From Candidatus Rifleibacteriota bacterium (GTDB lineage Bacteria; Muiribacteriota; Ozemobacteria; Ozemobacterales; Ozemobacteraceae): 53,515 nucleotides of DNA. The stretch lies in contig JBNJGH010000008.1 of assembly GCA_051747585.1 (NCBI GenBank), positions 1-53,515 on the forward strand. Direction: 5' to 3'. The notes under the pieces are model-generated. The model was not told the origin of the DNA and ran no database searches. It saw nothing but the letters and a program-made list of their open reading frames with translations. Made by a program: the position numbers and the translations under genes. Below, one piece after another: positions 46,716 to 53,515 of this stretch; the first letter of the stretch is position 1; each line of letters opens with the position of its first letter.

Positions 46716-48029
46716 ATGGCGAAACACAACATCGAAGAACTTGGTCTTGTTGGCTGTGGAGGAGCGGGCTTTCCTACTCATGTCAAACTTGCCGCCAATA
46801 ATGTTGAAACCATTATTGTCAATGCCGCTGAATGCGAACCGTTACTTCATAAAGATAAAGAAATTCTCAAGAATTTTACCAACGAATTTTTTACCGGCTT
46901 GATTAAAGCAATTGAAATGACGAATTCCAAGCAGGCGTTTATTGGCATGAAGAAAAAATATGCCGACCTGCTAAGCTATGTCGAAAGAGCAATCCCTGAT
47001 AAAAGAATAAAAATGCTGCCACTGGGCGATTTTTATCCGGCAGGAGATGAATACGAACTGGTCTATGAAGCAACCGGTAAACTCATTCCATTTGGCGGTA
47101 TTCCTCTCAATATTGGTTGTGTGGTAGCCAACGTAGAAACTCTGGTTAACCTGGGACTCAACAAACCGGTAACGACAAAATTTATTACTGTAACCGGCGC
47201 GGTTCCTAATCCGGTAACAGTCGAGATTCCTTTCGGAATAACTGTTGCCGAAGCAATGACCTTGGCCGGTTTAAAAGATCTATCGGGTCTGACAATAGTT
47301 GATGGCGGCCCAATGATGGGCAAAATCATTGAAAAAGCCCATGAAGAAATTGTCAGCAAAACCTGCGGAGGCCTGATTGCTCTACCCGATGATCATGTGC
47401 TTATTAGAAAAATGACCCGCAAAGAAAGCGAAAACTCACGTATAGCCCGCTCGGCCTGTGATCAATGCACAGACTGCACTGAGCTATGCCCGAGGGCCTT
47501 GCTTGGCTACCCCATAAGCCCTCATAAAGCTATGAGAACAGCCCAGTTCGCTCCTTATGCCAGCAGCAATTACGCGATAGATTCGATTTTCTGTAGTGAG
47601 TGCGGATTATGTTCTTTATTTTCATGCCCCGAAGATTTGCCGCCCCGTGAAATGTGCCAGAGCGCAAAAAATTATCACCTTTCAAAAGGCGTCAAAGCCG
47701 GAGAATTCAAAGGGGAACCCCAGGTTCACCCTATGCGCTCTGTTAGAAGAGTAAGCATCGAAAGGCTATTAAAAAAACTAGCTTTGCTCGATTACGACAA
47801 AAAAGCTCCTTTCTGCAAAATCAACGCCAGATTTGAAAGAGTTGAGCTGCCGCTTAAAATGCATATAGGCGCCCCGGCTAAACCTGTGGTCAAAGCCGGC
47901 AGCAAAGTAAAAAAGGGCCAGCTAATTGCCGCTATTCCTTCCGGAAAATTGAGCGCTTCTTTACACGCTTCTATTGGCGGACAAATTGAATCGGTCACAG
48001 ACAAGGCAATAACCATTATCAGAGAATGA
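46716..48029 (+). CDS. pduS: PduS-like (RnfC-related) FMN/[4Fe-4S] oxidoreductase
   Basis: GLVGCGGAGFPTHVKL, NAAECEPLL, FYPAGDE, GGPMMG, CDQCTDCTELCPR, CSECGLC...CP, PLKMHIGAPA. Confidence 0.9.
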   Translation: MAKHNIEELGLVGCGGAGFPTHVKLAANNVETIIVNAAECEPLLHKDKEILKNFTNEFFTGLIKAIEMTNSKQAFIGMKKKYADLLSYVERAIPDKRIKMLPLGDFYPAGDEYELVYEATGKLIPFGGIPLNIGCVVANVETLVNLGLNKPVTTKFITVTGAVPNPVTVEIPFGITVAEAMTLAGLKDLSGLTIVDGGPMMGKIIEKAHEEIVSKTCGGLIALPDDHVLIRKMTRKESENSRIARSACDQCTDCTELCPRALLGYPISPHKAMRTAQFAPYASSNYAIDSIFCSECGLCSLFSCPEDLPPREMCQSAKNYHLSKGVKAGEFKGEPQVHPMRSVRRVSIERLLKKLALLDYDKKAPFCKINARFERVELPLKMHIGAPAKPVVKAGSKVKKGQLIAAIPSGKLSASLHASIGGQIESVTDKAITIIRE

Positions 48030-48039
48030 GGTAAGTAAC

Positions 48040-48594
48040 ATGTTATACCAGAATGCAATCGGACTAATAGAACTTTCAAGCATTTCAGTCGGTTATCTTG
48101 TAACTGATAATATGCTTAAAACTGCCTCAGTTGATCTGGTTTTGTCTCGCACGGTTTGTCCGGGAAAATTCATCTGCATGGTCTGGGGTGATGTCGCCGC
48201 TGTTGAAGCCAGTGTTGAAGCCGGAATTCAGATAGGCCAGGGTTATCTGGTAAATGATCTGGTTATTCCAAATCTTCATCCTCAAATTTATCCTGCAATA
48301 ACTGCAACCAATAAAATTGAAGAGACCGGCGCACTCGGAGTTGTTGAGACTTTCGACATAGTTTCAACCATATTGGCTGCTGACGCCTCAGTAAAAGCAG
48401 CCGACATTGACCTTTGCGAAATTAGAATTGCAATGGCAATCGGCGGAAAAGCTTTTTACACAATGACCGGAGACGTAGCTGCAGTTGAAGCCGCAGTGCA
48501 GGCAGGTCTAGAATCGCTCGAGGGCAAAGGTCTGGTGGTTCACCATGTTGTAATACCCAGACCCAGAGAAGAATTGTTTCAGGAGTTCATTTAA
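48040..48594 (+). CDS. pduT: PduT-like tandem-domain shell protein (BMC-T)
   Basis: Two BMC domains; RTVCPGKF with the pore Cys; GDVAAV motifs; VIPRP. Confidence 0.9.
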   Translation: MLYQNAIGLIELSSISVGYLVTDNMLKTASVDLVLSRTVCPGKFICMVWGDVAAVEASVEAGIQIGQGYLVNDLVIPNLHPQIYPAITATNKIEETGALGVVETFDIVSTILAADASVKAADIDLCEIRIAMAIGGKAFYTMTGDVAAVEAAVQAGLESLEGKGLVVHHVVIPRPREELFQEFI

Positions 48595-49058
48595 TGCCTA
48601 AAATAATAATTGGTTCAGACCACGGCGGTTTTCCACATAAAGAAGAATTAAAAAAATACCTGCAATCTAAAAATCTTGTTTTTGATGATATCGGCACTTA
48701 CTCGACAGCTTCTGTCGACTATCCCGACATTGCCTATCTTGTCGCTTCCAGAGTCGCGCAAAACCCGCACAGCCTTGGTATAATTATTGACGGTGCAGGC
48801 ATAGGTTCATGTATGGCCGCCAATAAAGTCCCCGGGGTAAGAGCAGCCTGCTGCAACGATTTATATACTGCAAAAAACAGTCGCGAACATAACCATGCAA
48901 ACGTTTTAACTTTTGGCAGCATGGTTATCGGCACCGGCTACATGAAGCAGATTGTAGACACCTGGCTGGCGACCACGCCCGGGCCCGGGCGGCACGCAAA
49001 TAGAGTTGCAAAAATCACCCAGATAGAAAATATTTTTACAAACAACTCCAGTCAATAA
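48594..49058 (+). CDS. rpiB: RpiB/LacAB-family sugar-phosphate isomerase (DGAGIG variant)
   Basis: IGSDHGGF, VDYPD, DGAGIGSCMAANKVPGVRAA, SREHNHANVL, GRHANRV. Confidence 0.88.
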   Translation: MPKIIIGSDHGGFPHKEELKKYLQSKNLVFDDIGTYSTASVDYPDIAYLVASRVAQNPHSLGIIIDGAGIGSCMAANKVPGVRAACCNDLYTAKNSREHNHANVLTFGSMVIGTGYMKQIVDTWLATTPGPGRHANRVAKITQIENIFTNNSSQ

Positions 49059-49108
49059 GCAGTTATTTTAAATTAGTTTTTAAAAGCCGTTAGCTGTTTC
49101 AAGCTTTT

Positions 49109-49178
49109 GAGATTGCTTCGTCGTTCTGCTTCGCTAAAGCTACGAAGAAACCGGCTACGCAGAATTCCTCGCAACTAC
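49109..49178 (+). repeat. REP-like repeat with internal hairpin
   Basis: gagattgcttcgtcg...ttcctcgcaactac enclosing ttctgc/gcagaa and cttcg/cgaag stems; related to 42655-42687. Confidence 0.55.
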
Positions 49179-49203
49179 ATCCTGCTGTCAATTAAAGAAT
49201 TTA

Positions 49204-49412
49204 AACCACTGAGAACTCCGAGGGCACAGAGTTGTTTTTCTAATCTTTTTCAGCCTGGATTGTCCCGTGGACAATCAGCCGGCGGTTTCACCGCCTGGCT
49301 TTCCCTTCTTCAGCAAGCCTTCAGAAAAACACGAGTGCTTTTCTGAAGGCTTGCTGAAGAAGGGAACAATGGCTGAAAAAGATTCTCTGTGAGCTCTGTG
49401 CGCTCTGTGGTT
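49204..49412. repeat. Nested multi-branched palindromic element
   Basis: Imperfect outer IR 49204-31/49385-412; perfect 14-bp IR 49242-55/49371-84; perfect 28-bp IR 49301-28/49339-66; two small hairpins at 49258-76 and 49277-300. Confidence 0.85.
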
Positions 49413-49570
49413 ATTTTCTTTGGAGCTTAGTGGGAGGTTACTCTTTTTTAAAGATTTAATAATTTCTAACAGAGAATTACTGAAATAACTTTGTTAAATT
49501 CGCCTAAACCTGCTAAAAATATTATATTAGAATTGTTGGACAAATAAGACAATAATAGAAAGGATAGCTT

Positions 49571-50716
49571 ATGCGTGCTATATGTATAGTATTAGACAGC
49601 GCTGGTATCGGCCCAATGCCTGATCAGGCAGAATATGGCGATGAAGGCGCTTCAACCATACCAAATCTTGCAAAGGCCGCCGGCGGCATATATATGCCCA
49701 ATATGCAAAAACTTGGCCTTGGTAATATAACCAAAATAGAAGGCGTTGCCCCTGCAGAAAACCCCACAGGTGGTTTCGGCAAAATGCAGGAACTTTCACC
49801 CGGCAAAGACACCACCACCGGCCACTGGGAAATGATGGGCTACAAACTTGAATATGCTTTTCCCGGTTTTCCGGACGGTTTTCCCAAAGACTTCATCGAA
49901 AAGTTCGAAAAAGCAATAGGTCGAAAAACCCTTGGCAATTACCCGGCTTCGGGCACGGCTATAATTCAGGACCTGGGAGACGAACATGTTAAAACCGGCA
50001 GTCCTATTGTTTATACCTCTGCCGATTCTGTCTTTCAAATAGCTGCCCACGAAGAAGTTATACCGGTTAAAGAATTATATGAAATTTGCCAGACCGCCAG
50101 GGATATGCTGCAGCCACCTGATCTGGGCGTAGCACGAGTTATTGCCCGCCCCTTCGTCGGCAAATCAGGAAATTACACAAGAACCGCCAACCGCCACGAC
50201 TTCAGTCTTACACCGGATGAAACGGTCCTGGATATTCTTAAAAGCAAAGGGATCACTACTTACGGAATCGGTAAAATTTACGATATTTTTGCCGGCCAGG
50301 GTGTTGAACCTCATGTAACAACGCAAAACAACGATGATGGTATGAACAAAACCATGCAGGCACTGCAAAAGGTTGATTCAGGCTTTATTTTTACCAATCT
50401 GGTAGATACAGATATGAAATATGGTCATCGTCGAGATGTCGAAGGTTACAAAAATGCACTTGAAACCTTTGATAAATGGCTGGAAAGCTTTATTAAACAG
50501 CTCAAAGTCGACGATTTGTTAATGATAACTGCTGACCACGGGTGTGATCCCACCTACAAAGGCACAGACCACACCCGTGAAGTTGTGCCCCTGCTGGTTT
50601 ATCAGCCGGGCAAACCCGGCAGAGACCTTGGCACTCGCCACGGCTTCTGGGATGTAGCTGCAACCGTAGCCAAACATCTTGGCGTAGATTACCCCAAAGG
50701 CACTCCTGTCATTTAA
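49571..50716 (+). CDS. deoB: Phosphopentomutase
   Basis: IVLDSAGIG, SPGKDTTTGHWEM, ASGT.II, IVYTSADSVFQIAAHE, RVIARPF, NLVDTDMKYGHRRD, TADHGCDP, DHTRE. Confidence 0.96.
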   Translation: MRAICIVLDSAGIGPMPDQAEYGDEGASTIPNLAKAAGGIYMPNMQKLGLGNITKIEGVAPAENPTGGFGKMQELSPGKDTTTGHWEMMGYKLEYAFPGFPDGFPKDFIEKFEKAIGRKTLGNYPASGTAIIQDLGDEHVKTGSPIVYTSADSVFQIAAHEEVIPVKELYEICQTARDMLQPPDLGVARVIARPFVGKSGNYTRTANRHDFSLTPDETVLDILKSKGITTYGIGKIYDIFAGQGVEPHVTTQNNDDGMNKTMQALQKVDSGFIFTNLVDTDMKYGHRRDVEGYKNALETFDKWLESFIKQLKVDDLLMITADHGCDPTYKGTDHTREVVPLLVYQPGKPGRDLGTRHGFWDVAATVAKHLGVDYPKGTPVI

Positions 50717-50728
50717 ACCCAGCTAAAA

Positions 50729-50767
50729 GAAAAAAAGAGCGGCGCAGATTGCGCCGCTCTTTTTTTA
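50729..50767. terminator. Bidirectional intrinsic terminator
   Basis: aaaaaaagagcggcgca-gat-tgcgccgctctttttttt between convergent genes. Confidence 0.88.
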
Positions 50768-50780
50768 TGGGAGATTGAAA

Positions 50781-52268
50781 CTATTCCGGTCGTTTTGCCT
50801 CTACGCCTATAAGTAGGGTCGAAGCCGGACTGGCTACCGGTGGATTAATCATAATTCCATCTTCACTTGAAATATTGTAGGTTCCAGTTGCAGAACTAAC
50901 CGGGCTGACTGATACTGTGTAATATAACGAATATCCTACGGCCACATCGCTGAAAGTCAGATCCCATGTGCTTTGATTATTTATGTTATAAACCTGACTC
51001 GTAGTGCTGTTAGCCGTGTCAAATGGCAAACTTATTGCACCAGTGAGACTGTCACCGGTTCCTATATCAGGTCCGGCCACTCTGAGTATTACATCTCTGG
51101 CAATTATATTATCATACAAACCTGCGCGGCCGGATGCGCTATCGCCCTCTGAGAAGCTGAATTCTTCTGTGCCATTATCATAAAGGAAGTCGATGTCTAT
51201 TCGATAAGAACCCTGACTGCCTTCAGGAAGACTTGAAACAGTAACGATTTCATCCTCATAACCTCTTACCTGAATTCTCAAATCTACAGGAAGAGCAAGG
51301 CCTGGAACTTTAACCAGAGCCGGAAGATTGGGACCGGACAAGTTGCCAAGATCATCGATAGTTTGAGTCGCAATTATCTGAGGTGGTTTGTTTCCATCTT
51401 GAATCTCGGCAAAAATATTTACTACGCCGCCATTAATATAGTCAGGAACATTTACACATCTCATTAACAGGTTGTAGGTAACCGGCTCAAGAAACATATC
51501 AGCGACAATATCGCCCGAACCAGTAAATGATTCTTCTTTAACCAGATACAGGGATGAGTCGGCCTGAACTTTAGCCTCTATGACCGATCCGGCTTCGAGC
51601 TCAATATCATTGCCATTGATATCTTTACCGGCCATTAAATCGTTTACAGTGGTAGTATAAGTATCATTATTGAAAGAGACTTCAAAATTACCCACTCTGG
51701 TATTATCGAGAACTTCTCTTGTTTTACTGTCACGAAGTGTTATTTTGGCGGTAATAGATTCAGGCAACGGATTGGAAACCTTGATAAGGCCAACAGCGCC
51801 TATATCCGTAACAGAACCGCTTCTAACATATACCTTATCGACCTGTGAGGTTAAAGTTTCACCGGTTTCTTCATCGGCTTCTCCACCGCCGCTTGTTTGC
51901 GGATACTGCTTTTCGGCAAAACCGTTTGCTTGAAATTCAAATATAACGTTATCAGGGCGAACATTTTCAAAAACAAAGTCACCATCTTGATTTGTTCTCG
52001 TATAAGCATAGTTGTTACCCTGCTTCAGCTCTGAAGTGCCAATTTCTTCCATTGAGATCATTCTAACTGTAGCGCCTGAAATTGGAGCACTGTTACTACG
52101 ATCGACAACTTTCCCTTTTACCAGAGCAGACTTGACGCCTAACCCACCTTTTTCACAACCCATAGTTAACATTACGGCAATTCCTGCTAGAAACAGGAAC
52201 CAGCCGCCCCAGAATCTAAGATTCATACCTTTCAACCTCCCGAAATTGTCAGAAGTATTTTTACTCAT
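50781..52268 (-). CDS. Lipoprotein with carboxypeptidase-regulatory-like (transthyretin/Ig-like) domain(s)
   Basis: Lipobox TMG-C; VKGKVVDRSNSAPISGATV...TNQDGDFVFENV; alternative start ATG 52226 after GGAGG. Confidence 0.78.
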   Translation of the reverse strand: MSKNTSDNFGRLKGMNLRFWGGWFLFLAGIAVMLTMGCEKGGLGVKSALVKGKVVDRSNSAPISGATVRMISMEEIGTSELKQGNNYAYTRTNQDGDFVFENVRPDNVIFEFQANGFAEKQYPQTSGGGEADEETGETLTSQVDKVYVRSGSVTDIGAVGLIKVSNPLPESITAKITLRDSKTREVLDNTRVGNFEVSFNNDTYTTTVNDLMAGKDINGNDIELEAGSVIEAKVQADSSLYLVKEESFTGSGDIVADMFLEPVTYNLLMRCVNVPDYINGGVVNIFAEIQDGNKPPQIIATQTIDDLGNLSGPNLPALVKVPGLALPVDLRIQVRGYEDEIVTVSSLPEGSQGSYRIDIDFLYDNGTEEFSFSEGDSASGRAGLYDNIIARDVILRVAGPDIGTGDSLTGAISLPFDTANSTTSQVYNINNQSTWDLTFSDVAVGYSLYYTVSVSPVSSATGTYNISSEDGIMINPPVASPASTLLIGVEAKRPE

Positions 52269-52269
52269 A

Positions 52270-53514
52270 TTAATTCACCTGTATTGTTACAATTTGAGGA
52301 TCTGTACCATCATCGTTTACCATGACATCTTTTGAACTTATTGCTCCTTCACCCACAATATAACCGGAGAATGTCAAAGTATAGCCGGTTGGCATCTGAT
52401 TGGTGCCCAGATCTATTACTCTTGGTGTACCAATGGTAAAACCTGGTGGATTGGAAACTATTGTCTGCGGCCATTGGGTTCCGGTTTGTTCACAGAGAGC
52501 CCCTACGAAATCGTTGGTCGAAATACCGTTTCCTGAAACAATTATTCTTACATCACGCATTATCTGTGAGAAGTTATTTTTAAGAGAAAATTTCTGATAA
52601 ATTGTTCCCTGAAAATCACCTGAAGGATAAACAACAACCGGCCCATTCATTCTGTAGCCCTTGATTTCTGCTTCAATTGATACAGAAGTGCCTTTGGGTA
52701 TGTTTCTTATTTCAAAAGACTGAGAATTAAGGGTGGAAGTTGCGGTTGCAACCAGCTTGTTACCGGCGTAAGCAAAAATATTTGCAGTTGGAGCTTCCTG
52801 GAATACCCAGCCGGGAACATCTGTCCACCGACCGACAACTTTATATGATTCCGGTTTCATCATCACAGTACCCAGATCGATGTCGGTTGAAGGTCTCTCT
52901 ATAGGGAATGACATTCGAGCATATCCATCAACAGATATGTCACAATTTATAGCGCCTGTAGAAGCCGGGATGCGAAAACCGGTGGTAAACTCGGTTGGAA
53001 GTCTGTTGCTGAATGATTCTTTGCCAAAAACAAAGTTAGCGTTTCCATAAGTTATTTGAGAACCGTTGGTGGCGTCTTTCAGTGTTCCTTTTACAGTGAT
53101 GTATTGATTTTCGATTGTCTGATTCATTCTAATCTGAGAAACCGTAGCGGTCTCACTATCAACAACTACAACCCTTACAGCATTTGAAGCCGTATCGATT
53201 ATGGGAGAATAACCAAATTTATCAAAGGTTACTATCCACTCGCCGGCCCGCATATCATTCAGGTAAAAATTACCATTGCTGTCAGTATTGGTATATTTTG
53301 TTGCATCTCCATCAGTGTTTTCTCCTTCAGCTGTAGCCTTAACACTTACTCCGGATATACCTACCAGAGTTTTGTCATCTACAACAGTGCCTGTAATTGC
53401 ACCGGCATTAAGACCAAGCGAACCATTTTCACAGCCCACTAAGGTAAATATCAGCACTACAAATAGTGCCATCAGAAGTCCGAACGTTTTCGGATTCCGC
53501 CTTTCTCTATTCAT
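52270..53514 (-). CDS. Lipoprotein with carboxypeptidase-regulatory-like repeats (paralog-like neighbour)
   Basis: Lipobox LVG-C; ITGTVVDDKT..GISGVSV...TDSNGNFYL..M.AGEW.V...K.GY; start lies at the window edge. Confidence 0.78.
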   Translation of the reverse strand: MNRERRNPKTFGLLMALFVVLIFTLVGCENGSLGLNAGAITGTVVDDKTLVGISGVSVKATAEGENTDGDATKYTNTDSNGNFYLNDMRAGEWIVTFDKFGYSPIIDTASNAVRVVVVDSETATVSQIRMNQTIENQYITVKGTLKDATNGSQITYGNANFVFGKESFSNRLPTEFTTGFRIPASTGAINCDISVDGYARMSFPIERPSTDIDLGTVMMKPESYKVVGRWTDVPGWVFQEAPTANIFAYAGNKLVATATSTLNSQSFEIRNIPKGTSVSIEAEIKGYRMNGPVVVYPSGDFQGTIYQKFSLKNNFSQIMRDVRIIVSGNGISTNDFVGALCEQTGTQWPQTIVSNPPGFTIGTPRVIDLGTNQMPTGYTLTFSGYIVGEGAISSKDVMVNDDGTDPQIVTIQVN

Positions 53515-53515
53515 A

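Noticed and set aside
49107..49346. 79-aa ORF between rpiB and deoB
   Set aside because: TTG start with no RBS; lies entirely over palindromic repeats; the translation looks like a repeat artefact
49204..49412. Possible CRISPR array or known riboswitch upstream of deoB
   Set aside because: The repeats are inverted, not direct repeat-spacer units. No cas genes are present, and I could not match purine or other known aptamer consensus motifs.

Overview
Low-GC (~40%) bacterial chromosomal window, gene-dense and mostly housekeeping, from a probably diderm anaerobe (LolA-like carrier, O-antigen-ligase-like gene, lipoproteins, tupABC, sigma-54 activators; the lineage cannot be fixed from the sequence alone). 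Recognisable genes include birA, surE, ptsI, several two-component genes, ymdB-rny, a double-parvulin foldase, tupABC, pgeF, pyk, dppA-like, uvrB and deoB. A 6S RNA lies at ~42365-42559. The main accessory feature is a compact bacterial microcompartment (BMC) locus at 42.8-49.1 kb: PduL, BMC-H, BMC-P, acylating aldehyde dehydrogenase, PduS, PduT and RpiB, followed by deoB. It resembles sugar-phosphate-utilisation BMCs but has no aldolase. It is led by an unusual fusion of a flavoprotein-like region, a EutQ-N-like motif and a catalytically dead triosephosphate-isomerase-like domain, and its RpiB has Asp in place of the catalytic Cys. The window also holds several apparent pseudo-enzymes: a GlyQ paralog with its active-site motifs eroded, a tandem B3-like/NucS-like protein lacking the ExK motif, a GNAT without the acetyl-CoA loop, and a CxxS thioredoxin. 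Other notable non-coding features are a large nested palindrome between rpiB and deoB and competing hairpins over the ymdB RBS. No CRISPR, tRNA, rRNA or transposase was seen. All family calls come from motif recognition by eye, not from database searches.
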